This document shows positions 39,329 through 47,178 of a stretch of 64,000 bases of DNA, one piece after another. The stretch comes from Aquificales bacterium (lineage in GTDB: Bacteria > Aquificota > Aquificia > Aquificales > QOAS01), in contig JALWDU010000056.1 in NCBI GenBank assembly GCA_027036735.1, positions 38,816-102,815 on the forward strand, written 5' to 3'. The translations under genes and the position numbers were made by a program. Below the pieces are notes generated by a model. That model made no database searches. It was not told where the DNA came from and was given only the letters and a program-made list of their open reading frames with translations. Within the stretch, counting starts at the first letter, position 1; each line of letters starts with the position of its first letter.

Positions 39329-40320
39329 CCCCCTTTTACCGGTATATACTTCGCCGCTATTTCGAACCGCTCCCGCAGGGTGGCGGGCTTTTGCTTATTC
39401 CTTTCCGCCACATGCTTTATCCAATCGGGGTCTTTTCTCAAACTTTCCACCCTTTGGCGTCCCTGTCTATTCCAATACTCCAACGGGGATAAGTTCTCCC
39501 TCTCCGAATCCAACAGGAGGAAAGCCACTATATCGCTCCAATAAGGGGCTTTTACCACATCGACGCCTATCCCCTTGAGGTATTCGATAAACTCCATAGC
39601 CCCCTCGAGGAGGCTTTCCAGTTTCTCCACCGAAAGGTTTTTGAGAGCCTCCCTCAGCCAGCGGTAGAGCCAATCGTAGTACCTCTTAAAGTTGAAATAC
39701 TCGTCTTTTATACCCCTCTTTAGGAGGGTGTAACCAGCCAAAACCCTCGCGAGGATACCGAAACCCTTTAACCTCCTCGGGGAGAGTTTATCCCCGAACT
39801 CCTTTAGGAGGGGTGTCTTCTCCCCATCGTAAGTGAGAACCATTAAAAGTTCCTGTTGGTTTAGGGGTGTGGGTTTGTAGTTAATCCGGGTGAATATCTC
39901 CTTTGCAACTTCGAAATCGTTTACGCCCGAATAGACCACCGCACCCCATTCTGCGCCGAGGAGTTCCCTTTTAACCTCCTCCGGAAGTTCCTCAAACCTC
40001 TTTCCCTCGAGGGTTTCTACCAAACCTTGGTCTATGTGGGATAGGTGGTCGTCCAAACCTATCTTAAAGTCCCCTTCGATAAAATCGCTTACGGCACTGA
40101 TGCGCTGAAGCCCGTCGAGGAGCAGATATTTACCGCCCTCCCCCTCTATCAGCACTATGTCGGGAAGCCCTATCGTCAGGAGCGAGTAAATCGCCTCCGA
40201 GCGCTTCTTTCTATTCCAAACCTTTCCCCGCTGAAAGCGGGGGACTTCTATCTCACCCCTCTTTACCTTATTTAGGAGGGTTTCGACATCCCACTGAACG
40301 CGTCGGCGTTTTAGTTGCAT
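39325..40320 (-). CDS. DUF262 (ParB-like, GmrSD N-terminal type) domain protein lacking a DUF1524/HNH nuclease domain
   Basis: 331 aa. IEVPRFQRGKVWNRKKRSEAIYSLLTIGLP, LLLDGLQRISA and FTRINYKPTPLNQQE match the DUF262 core motifs (PxFQR, DGxQR, F..lN). The C-terminal half is helical with no H-N-H pattern. Confidence 0.7.
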   Translation of the reverse strand: MQLKRRRVQWDVETLLNKVKRGEIEVPRFQRGKVWNRKKRSEAIYSLLTIGLPDIVLIEGEGGKYLLLDGLQRISAVSDFIEGDFKIGLDDHLSHIDQGLVETLEGKRFEELPEEVKRELLGAEWGAVVYSGVNDFEVAKEIFTRINYKPTPLNQQELLMVLTYDGEKTPLLKEFGDKLSPRRLKGFGILARVLAGYTLLKRGIKDEYFNFKRYYDWLYRWLREALKNLSVEKLESLLEGAMEFIEYLKGIGVDVVKAPYWSDIVAFLLLDSERENLSPLEYWNRQGRQRVESLRKDPDWIKHVAERNKQKPATLRERFEIAAKYIPVKGG

Positions 40321-40371
40321 TTTATAAAAAATTTATAGAAAAAAAGACTAAAGAAACTTGCAAAGGAAAAA

Positions 40372-42078
40372 TTACTTGGCATACTCCACGTATCGGGTCT
40401 CCCTTATAACGGTCACCTTTATTTGGGCGGGGAAATCTATCTCCTCCTCGAGTCGTTTTGCAATTTCTTTAGCCATTAAAAGGGCTTCCTCTTCGCCCAC
40501 CTCCTCGGGGTTGACTATTACCCTAACCTCCCTACCGGCTTGAATGGCGTAGGCGTTTTGAACTCCTTTGAAGGATTTGACGATTTCCTCTATCTTCTCG
40601 AGGCGTTTGATATATTTCTCGAGCGTTTCCCTACGGGCTCCCGGTCGGGCGGCGGAAATCTTGTCGGCTATGCAGACCAGCACAACCTCGGGGTATCTCG
40701 GCTCCTCCTCCTCGTGGTGGGCGAAAATCGCGTTTATAACGTAGTCGGGTTCACCGTAGCGTTTTACCAACTCCGCGCCCGCTTTGGTGTGGCTTTCGCC
40801 CAGCTCGTGGCTTACCGCCTTACCTATGTCGTGGAGAAGCCCCGCACGGGTAGCCTTTTTGACGTCCAGACCCAATTCCGCCGCCAGCATGCCGGCTATG
40901 GCTGCAACTTCCTTACTGTGGTTTAAGACGTTTTGGGTGTAGGAAGTCCTGTAAAAGAGCTTACCGAGGTAGTAGTGCAGGTCGGGGTGGATGTCGTAAA
41001 GCTCAAACTCCTGACACACATCCTCGCCGAGTTTTTTGAGCTTCTCGTTGAACTCCCTCTTAACCTCCTCGACCGTTTTCTCTATGCTGGCGGGGTGGAT
41101 ACGCCCGTCGGCGATGAGCCTCTCGAGGGCTTCTTTGGCTATCTCTCTTCTTAGCGGGTCGAAGGAGGAGAGGGTTACCGTATCGGGCGTGTCGTCAATT
41201 ATCACATCGACACCCGTTAGCTGTTCGAAGGTTCTTATGTTTCTCCCCTCCCTACCGATGATGCGACCCTTAAACTCGTTGGAGGGTAGCTGAACGGTGG
41301 TAGTCATGAAGTGAACCGATGCCTCGGGGGCGAGACGTTGAACCGCCGTGAGCAGTATATCCCTCGCGCGGGTCTTCGCCTGTTCCTTGAACTCCTCTTC
41401 GAGTTCTTTCAGTTTCTTCGCTATCTCCTTGCGTTCCTTTTCCTCCAATACTTTGAAGAGTTCGCTCTTAGCCTCTTCATAGGAGAGGTTTGATATTTCA
41501 AGGAGCTTTTGCAGTTGCTCCTCTTTAATCTTTTCCACCTCTTGGAGTTTTTCCTTTATAGTTTCCTCCAATTTGTGGACTTCCTTCTCCTTTTCCAACA
41601 GTTGGCGCTCCAGTTCCTGAAGCTCCTTATAGCGTTTGAAGAGCTCTTCCTCCCTCTCCTCGAGGTTAGCCCATTTTCTGTCCAAAACCTCCGAGCGTTC
41701 CTTTAATTTCTCCTCCTCCTCCTTTAGGGAGGACTCCCGCTTTGCGAGTTCTTCCCTTTTTAGTTCCAATTCCAATTTGAGCCTTTCGAGGTTTCTCTTT
41801 TCCTCCTCCAACTTTTGGAAGAGCTCCTTTAGCTCCTCTTCCTTTTTGCGCTTTATCTCCTCCTCCAGGCGGAGTTTTAGCCTTTCCAATTCCTCTTTAA
41901 GGCGGGTTTCGTAGAGTTTCTCCCACTTTTTCTTTTCCTCCTCCAGAAAGGCGTTAAACTCCTCCTCCGCCTCCAAACGGGCGCGGTCTACCAGTTTTTG
42001 GGCTTTTCTCTCCGAATATAGGTATCCCGCCGCCCCTCCGAGCGCGGCGGTAAATAGCGCGAAAACCACTTCGAGCAT
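40372..42078 (-). CDS. rny: Ribonuclease Y
   Basis: 568 aa. N-terminal TM, long E/K coiled coil, KH (GRIIGREGRNIRTFE) and HD domain (LLHDIGK). Confidence 0.93.
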   Translation of the reverse strand: MLEVVFALFTAALGGAAGYLYSERKAQKLVDRARLEAEEEFNAFLEEEKKKWEKLYETRLKEELERLKLRLEEEIKRKKEEELKELFQKLEEEKRNLERLKLELELKREELAKRESSLKEEEEKLKERSEVLDRKWANLEEREEELFKRYKELQELERQLLEKEKEVHKLEETIKEKLQEVEKIKEEQLQKLLEISNLSYEEAKSELFKVLEEKERKEIAKKLKELEEEFKEQAKTRARDILLTAVQRLAPEASVHFMTTTVQLPSNEFKGRIIGREGRNIRTFEQLTGVDVIIDDTPDTVTLSSFDPLRREIAKEALERLIADGRIHPASIEKTVEEVKREFNEKLKKLGEDVCQEFELYDIHPDLHYYLGKLFYRTSYTQNVLNHSKEVAAIAGMLAAELGLDVKKATRAGLLHDIGKAVSHELGESHTKAGAELVKRYGEPDYVINAIFAHHEEEEPRYPEVVLVCIADKISAARPGARRETLEKYIKRLEKIEEIVKSFKGVQNAYAIQAGREVRVIVNPEEVGEEEALLMAKEIAKRLEEEIDFPAQIKVTVIRETRYVEYAK

Positions 42079-42080
42079 CT

Positions 42081-42650
42081 CTAACCTCCTCTTTCGAAAA
42101 TGCCGCTTGGGGTAACTATCAGGTCGAGGGGAATATCGTGCTCCTCGCAGGGAACGCTTTCGACCAGCTGAAAGTCGTAGGCGACGCCGACCTTTGCACC
42201 CTTAACGCGGGGGAGAAAGCGGTCGTAAAAACCCTTTCCCATTCCCAGGCGACACCCCCTTTTGTCGAAGGCTACCCCCGGAACGGCTACGAAGTCTATT
42301 TTTTCCGGTTTGAAAATCTTGCCCCCCGCCGGTTCGGGGATACCAAAGACCCCCTTTACGAGGGGTGTCCCCCCCACCAGTTCGACCGCCAACATATCGC
42401 CGTCGCGGGTGACTTTCGGGAGCAACAAAACCTTTTGAGGGTCTCTTAAAACCTCCTCAAAGAGGGGTCTTAGGTCTATTTCTCCCCTTACGGGGTAGTA
42501 GAGCATCACCGTTTTTGCCCTTTTAAAGGATGGGAGTTCCTTTATCCTCTCACATACCTTTAGGGAAGCCTCCCTTATCTCTTCCTCTCTTAGGGATTTT
42601 CTCTTTTGAAGAAGTTCCCTTCGGAGTGTCTCCTTTTCCCTTCCGACCAT
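42081..42650 (-). CDS. ygfA: 5-formyltetrahydrofolate cyclo-ligase
   Basis: 189 aa. VAVPGVAFDKRGCRLGMGKGFYDRFL is the family signature. Confidence 0.88.
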   Translation of the reverse strand: MVGREKETLRRELLQKRKSLREEEIREASLKVCERIKELPSFKRAKTVMLYYPVRGEIDLRPLFEEVLRDPQKVLLLPKVTRDGDMLAVELVGGTPLVKGVFGIPEPAGGKIFKPEKIDFVAVPGVAFDKRGCRLGMGKGFYDRFLPRVKGAKVGVAYDFQLVESVPCEEHDIPLDLIVTPSGIFERGG

Positions 42651-42664
42651 GGTGGGTTTCTCCC

Positions 42665-42885
42665 TTTTGGAAGTCCGCCCCGCCCCCAGGGCGTGAGGGC
42701 TGTTATTCCCAGATGGGACCCAAAGGTAAAGGTGGGAAGGCTACCCCCGTGCCCCCCTTTCGGAGGGTGATGTCCCCAAAGGGATAGGGGACATCGGGGG
42801 ACCCGCCTTCCCTCTTAGGGTGCCCGTAGTCCCCGAAGGGAATAACCCCCCCACGACACCGGGCAGGGCGGCTCTCTCCAAGCAA
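42665..42885 (-). ncRNA. ssrS: 6S RNA-like structured RNA (rod-shaped hairpin with internal bubble)
   Basis: About 200 nt with no credible CDS. An 11-bp closing stem joins 42675-42685 and 42861-42871; it has a G-U pair on the minus strand where the plus strand would have a C-A mismatch. Inner helices are TTATTCCC/GGGAATAA (42703-10/42838-45), GGGAC/GTCCC and GGGAAGGC/GCCTTCCC (42734-41/42805-12). A largely unpaired stretch of about 14-16 nt per strand lies between these inner helices. The apical hairpin is GATGTCCCC-9nt-GGGGACATC (42769-42795). The element sits immediately upstream of the 5-FCL gene on the same strand, matching the E. coli ssrS-ygfA synteny. The ends are approximate. Confidence 0.55.
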
Positions 42886-43015
42886 TATCAAATATACATC
42901 AACCCCGTGGGGCTAACCCTTCGCTCACTCAGAAAATTTCCCCGAAGGGGGTTGCAATTTATAAATAGAAAACTAAATTTCCTTTATAAGGAAAAACTAA
43001 AGGGAGGTGCCAACC

Positions 43016-43441
43016 ATGGCAGAAAAAAAAGAGCAAGTTAGGGTGGAAGACCAAGTTAGGGCTCTCATCGCCCAAATCGAAAGCATAAGGGCTGAAATCG
43101 CAACCCTCGACGCCGCAATCAACGCACTCAGGCAAACCGTCGCAACCTTGAGAACCCTCAAAAAGCTCGGAAAGGGTAAAAACGTCCTCATACCGGTGGG
43201 TTCCATCGCACAGGTCGAAATGAAAATTGAAAACCTCGACAAGGTGGTCGTTTCGGTAGGTCAAAATATCTCCGCCGAGCTCTCCTACGACGAGGCGGTC
43301 AAATACATCGAGGACGAGATTGAAAGAATTCTCGCGCTCAGGCTCGTTCTCGAGCAGACCATCGCAGACCTCTACACCCAAATCGACGCCCTCATCAGGG
43401 GTCAATCCCAAGAGCAACCCCAGGAAGGGGAAAACAAATAA
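43016..43441 (+). CDS. Prefoldin alpha-like coiled-coil protein
   Basis: 141 aa from ATG 43016, which follows a GGGAGGTG SD. The layout is coiled coil, then a double beta-hairpin core (VLIPVGSIAQVEMKIENLDKVVVSVGQNISAELSYDEAVKYIEDEIERI), then coiled coil. This is the prefoldin alpha/GimC-alpha layout. Confidence 0.6.
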   Translation: MAEKKEQVRVEDQVRALIAQIESIRAEIATLDAAINALRQTVATLRTLKKLGKGKNVLIPVGSIAQVEMKIENLDKVVVSVGQNISAELSYDEAVKYIEDEIERILALRLVLEQTIADLYTQIDALIRGQSQEQPQEGENK

Positions 43442-43498
43442 TTACTTCCCCCTTTCGGTTTTCCTTCCTAAATTCTTCCTTAAAGAGGAGGCTACGTT

Positions 43499-43759
43499 AT
43501 GAACAATCAACCCACCTTAAGCGAAAGTTTGGTTCTCCAACTGCAATTGGTTAGGGCTGAATTGGAGCAACTTGAAAGGGTTAAGGAATTCCTGAAGAAA
43601 CTCGAACCAGGGAGGAAAATCTATATAAACCTTGGCGAGGTGATGGTCGAGAGCAACTACCTCGAGGCTATGCAATACCTCGAGGAGAAGGAAAAGGAAC
43701 TGAGAGCTCTGCTCCTCGAGTTGGAGAGCAAAGTAAACGTATCCCAATTTAAAGTTTGA
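43499..43759 (+). CDS. Prefoldin beta-like coiled-coil protein (short)
   Basis: 86 aa with an AGAGGAGG SD. The layout is coiled coil, a single hairpin core (KIYINLGEVMVESNYLEAMQYLEEKEKEL), then coiled coil. Confidence 0.5.
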   Translation: MNNQPTLSESLVLQLQLVRAELEQLERVKEFLKKLEPGRKIYINLGEVMVESNYLEAMQYLEEKEKELRALLLELESKVNVSQFKV

Positions 43760-44306
43760 GCCTTTCCCTCTCCCTTTGGAGGAATTCCTTAAAAAGTTTC
43801 GCAAACTCCTTCAGGGGTTCGACCGAAGAGTTTCTCAAAATGCAGTCGGCAAAATCCTCCATCCAGAGGATGTGTTTTTTGAAAAAATCCCTGTAAAGGA
43901 CGGAGAGCTTTTTCTTGTCCTCCGCGTAGGGTGTTTCTTCCATCAACTTTAATAGAAAGGCGGCAAAATCGAGTTGGAGATAAACCGCGTCGGGTAGCTC
44001 GTCACCCGTCGAGAGATTGAAAAGTTCGTAATACTTTACGGTGTCAAAGGCGGGAGCTCCCATAAGGGTCTTTTCCGACGAGCGGAAAAAACTCTCGTAG
44101 GGTTTGCACGGAACCCCTTTAATATTTGCCACAAAGAGGGACGTATATTCCGCCTGGAGTTCCTCGAAGGAGAATTCTTTCAATTCCTCCAAAGGGGTTT
44201 TGTCTTCGAAGGGATAAAACCGCTCGAGGTTTTCGAAAAACTCCTCCCTATTTTCGGGATAGGCGAAGAGATGGGCGAAGAATTTGTAAGCCTTAAAGGG
44301 GTTCAT
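43749..44306 (-). CDS. TorD/DmsD/NarJ-family redox-enzyme maturation chaperone
   Basis: 185 aa. EYTSLFV...PYESFF...LMG...VKYYELFNL...ELPDAVYLQLDFAAFLL matches the TorD family pattern. No molybdoenzyme gene is adjacent. Confidence 0.65.
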   Translation of the reverse strand: MNPFKAYKFFAHLFAYPENREEFFENLERFYPFEDKTPLEELKEFSFEELQAEYTSLFVANIKGVPCKPYESFFRSSEKTLMGAPAFDTVKYYELFNLSTGDELPDAVYLQLDFAAFLLKLMEETPYAEDKKKLSVLYRDFFKKHILWMEDFADCILRNSSVEPLKEFAKLFKEFLQRERERLKL

Positions 44307-44365
44307 AATTTTGCCAAATGATACCCCAATCGGTATTTTAAAATTCGTTCCCCCTTCGGGGAGTT

Positions 44366-46174
44366 ATGCGAAAGGTTGGATTTGTAATAGGAAACAGACC
44401 CGCCAACCCGCTCGAGTTTTGGGTCGGGATAGAGAGGGGAAACGTCGTTCAGCTCGACGATATCCTGAAGGTGGAAAGCACCCTCGAAAACGGACAGAGG
44501 GTCGAGTTTTACGGCGTGGTGGCGGAGGTTTACCGCTACCTCGAGGGTTCGGAATTCGTATTCGATTCGAAAGATTTCGTTCAGGGGAAACTGCCGGCAA
44601 ATCTCGCCTACGTGGCAAAGGTGCAGGTTACCCGCATAGACGACGAAATATACGTTCCCCCCTTTCCGGGCGACCCCGCCTTTCTCGTTGGTAGTGGCGA
44701 CGGCGAAATAGACAAAGCCCTCTACTTCGACCAGATGAAGGTTAAAATCCCCGCAGGGCTTTTGAGAAATGGGGAACCGGCTTATATCAACTACCACTTT
44801 TTAAACGGGAGAGACGGGGCGCATATCTCTATAAGCGGAATTTCGGGAGTGGCGTCGAAAACTTCCTACGCCCTCTTTCTGCTCTATTCGATACTAAACC
44901 GAGTTAGGGAGGAGAGGGTTAACGCCCTAATTTTCAACGTCAAAGGTGAAGACCTCTTTTTTATAGACAAACCGAACAGGGTGTTTCACGAGAGGAGGAA
45001 GGATTTCGAACCCCTCTACAGGAAAATGGGTTTGGAGGCGAAACCTTTCGAAGGTGTGAAGTTCTTCGCCCCCCCGGTAGGAAAGAATTCGTTAATTCCC
45101 GACGTTGAGAGTAGAAAGGAGGGTGTAAACACCTACCTCTGGACGGTTAGGGAGTTTGCCGAAGAGGAGCTCCTCAAATTTCTCTTCGTCGAGGGTGAGG
45201 AGGGGGTCGGAAGTCTCCACTATGTGATTGACAAGGTCGCCGAAAGGCTCAAAGAGATGGCGGAACTCACCCGCGAAGGACAAAGGGACAACCCCGGATG
45301 GGCGGGTAGGCTTATGAACTTCGACGATTACGACAACGTCGGCGAACCGATTCCACCCTACGAATTTACCGGCTTGGAAGACATTCTTTCTTTCCTAAAA
45401 AAGGTGGTGAAAAATAGGCGCGCCTGCAACGCGGACAAAACCTTTAGGAAAGAGAACGAGGACTTTTGCAACAAGACGGCGGAGGTCTATGAAAATTGGT
45501 TCGGAACGGTTACCGTTTCGGTAGCCTACGCCTTTTTGAGGCGCTTCGACCAAGCGGTTCAATACGTCTCCCCAATGGTGGTAAATCCCGACCTCTTGGA
45601 GGGTGAGGATAGGGAAAAGTTCCGCATAGATTGGAGAAATTCAAAACTTTCGGTGGTGGGAATTAACAAACTCCACACCATAGCGCAGATGTTTGTCGTA
45701 GGTTCCCTCCTCAAGAAGATATTTAAGGAAAAGGAAAAAATCGGTCGGAAACCGGTTCTCTATGTAGTCCTCGACGAGCTGAACAAATACGCCCCGAGGG
45801 GTGGGTGGTCTCCCATAAAGGATATACTGCTCGATATAGCCGAAAGGGGTAGAAGCCTCGGGATTATCCTCATCGGCGCACAGCAGACCGCCTCGGAAGT
45901 TGAAAAACGGATAGTGGCTAACGCCGCCGTAAAGGTGACCGGAAGGCTCGACGCCTCCGAAGTGGCGGCACGCGAATACGACTTCCTACCCCAAATATAC
46001 AAGCAGAGGGCTTTGCTCCTCAAAAAGGGGCAGGTAATAGTCCACCAACCCGATATCCCCGTGCCCCTCGTTCTAAGCTTCCCCTTCCCCGCATGGGCTA
46101 CGAGGGCGGAAGAGGTTCTGGAGGAACCCGATGGCGGCGATTTTGAAATTTTTGACAACTATTGTAGCGATTAA
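44366..46174 (+). CDS. HerA-like (COG0433/DUF87) FtsK-HerA superfamily ATPase with HAS-barrel
   Basis: 602 aa. N-terminal barrel (GFVIGNRPANPLEFWVGIE...VEFYGVVAEV). P-loop region ISISGISGVASKTSYA, a deviant Walker A with Ser before Lys. Walker B VLYVVLDELNKYAP. HerA-type LGIILIGAQQTASEV...VTGRL. Confidence 0.7.
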   Translation: MRKVGFVIGNRPANPLEFWVGIERGNVVQLDDILKVESTLENGQRVEFYGVVAEVYRYLEGSEFVFDSKDFVQGKLPANLAYVAKVQVTRIDDEIYVPPFPGDPAFLVGSGDGEIDKALYFDQMKVKIPAGLLRNGEPAYINYHFLNGRDGAHISISGISGVASKTSYALFLLYSILNRVREERVNALIFNVKGEDLFFIDKPNRVFHERRKDFEPLYRKMGLEAKPFEGVKFFAPPVGKNSLIPDVESRKEGVNTYLWTVREFAEEELLKFLFVEGEEGVGSLHYVIDKVAERLKEMAELTREGQRDNPGWAGRLMNFDDYDNVGEPIPPYEFTGLEDILSFLKKVVKNRRACNADKTFRKENEDFCNKTAEVYENWFGTVTVSVAYAFLRRFDQAVQYVSPMVVNPDLLEGEDREKFRIDWRNSKLSVVGINKLHTIAQMFVVGSLLKKIFKEKEKIGRKPVLYVVLDELNKYAPRGGWSPIKDILLDIAERGRSLGIILIGAQQTASEVEKRIVANAAVKVTGRLDASEVAAREYDFLPQIYKQRALLLKKGQVIVHQPDIPVPLVLSFPFPAWATRAEEVLEEPDGGDFEIFDNYCSD

Positions 46175-47174
46175 TTTTTTCCTCAACCCTCTTTTTGGGA
46201 AGGATATTAAGGAGATAAGGGCAACCGTTAAGGGGAATCTTTACAAAATCATCCTATATCTGGAAAGACCTTTAAGATATAAACCCCGCCTCTTTTCCGA
46301 TTTAGGTCGGCATATCTTGGTTTTAAAACTAAGAAATAAAGAGACATTTTTTAAAGATTTTTACAGCGTATCTATTATAAGTGAAAAAGATTGCGTTATT
46401 TTCTTTTTTAAAAACCCCAAACTGGAACTTAAAAGAACTAAAGTGTTCCTTAACAAGGAGAGTGTTATCGTCTCCGTTCCTATAACGAAACGAAAAGCAT
46501 CAAAATATGTAATTGTGATAGACGCGGGACATGGTGGAAAAGACCCTGGAGCCACCTACTTCGGTGTTAGGGAAAAAGATATAAATTTTTCCGTTGCCAG
46601 AAAGTTATTTAAACTCCTCTCCAAAGACCCGCGATTTGAGGTGTACTTAACCCGGAAAGGAGACTACTTTGTTTCCTTAGCCGATAGGCAACTATTCACC
46701 ACGAAAGTAAAGGCTGATTTATTTATTTCCATTCACACAAATGCCGACCCCAAAACCTCCAAACGCCGTGGGGTTTCCTTCTACATCCTCTCCGATAGAG
46801 GTCTAGAGGAAAAATTGAGGGATTTAATGAAAAATTCCAAGGAAAGGAGAAAATTTATAAATCTTTTTCCAAAACCGGATAGGGCTCTTTTAAGAGAAAC
46901 CATTAAGGGAATGCTCCTATACAATCAACTTGGAGGGGAACGGTTTGCCCTCACACTTCGCAATCTGTGGTGTAAATATCTGTCCAAATATATCCCCTGT
47001 GGAGGCATTTACAAAAGAGCTTTTGCCGTTTTAAAGACACCGGGAGTGCCCTCCGTTTTGATAGAGCTCGGATTTATGACCAACAGAAGAGACTTGAAAC
47101 TTTTAACCTCTCAAAAGTTTCAGGAAAGGGTGGCGGAAGTTATCTATAGGGCTGTTAGATTATTTTTCCAATAA
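46131..47174 (+). CDS. N-acetylmuramoyl-L-alanine amidase (Amidase_3, AmiC-like with N-terminal AMIN-like domain)
   Basis: 347 aa. VIVIDAGHGGKDPGA, SIHTNA and ELGFMTN motifs. Signal-like N-terminus. The start overlaps the herA-like gene by 44 nt and is uncertain. Confidence 0.85.
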   Translation: MAAILKFLTTIVAINFFLNPLFGKDIKEIRATVKGNLYKIILYLERPLRYKPRLFSDLGRHILVLKLRNKETFFKDFYSVSIISEKDCVIFFFKNPKLELKRTKVFLNKESVIVSVPITKRKASKYVIVIDAGHGGKDPGATYFGVREKDINFSVARKLFKLLSKDPRFEVYLTRKGDYFVSLADRQLFTTKVKADLFISIHTNADPKTSKRRGVSFYILSDRGLEEKLRDLMKNSKERRKFINLFPKPDRALLRETIKGMLLYNQLGGERFALTLRNLWCKYLSKYIPCGGIYKRAFAVLKTPGVPSVLIELGFMTNRRDLKLLTSQKFQERVAEVIYRAVRLFFQ

Positions 47175-47178
47175 ATTT

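Noticed and set aside
42665-42885. Alternative identities for the structured RNA: RNase P RNA, SRP RNA, tmRNA
   Set aside because: GGAAGUCCGCC and CCCACGAC/GGGCAGGG resemble fragments of bacterial RNase P RNA. However, they occur in the wrong order, the element is too short (about 200 nt against over 300), and the ACAGAA-CCGGCUUA-type 3' motif is missing. There is no SRP domain IV GGAA-loop/AGCAGCC motif, and no tRNA-like end or tag ORF for tmRNA. A covariance-model search is still needed.
42530-42891. Track ORFs 42530..42787 (+) and 42703..42891 (-) in the 5-FCL/prefoldin spacer
   Set aside because: The translations are Gly/Pro/Arg-rich nonsense-like sequences without SDs. The region is better explained by the extensive base-pairing of a structured RNA.
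44303-44797. 164-aa minus-strand ORF overlapping the start of the HerA-like gene
   Set aside because: It lies entirely antisense to the well-supported HAS-barrel coding region and has no motifs. It is typical of GC-rich antisense frames. The same reasoning rejects 27360..28127, 38548..38955, 40540..41914 and similar track entries that lie antisense to pnp, fabG and rny.
31129-46174. Interpreting the SIR2-like gene and the HerA-like gene as a canonical SIR2-HerA defence system
   Set aside because: The genes are about 11.5 kb apart, on opposite strands and in compositionally different segments, with many housekeeping genes between them. Known SIR2-HerA systems are adjacent operons.
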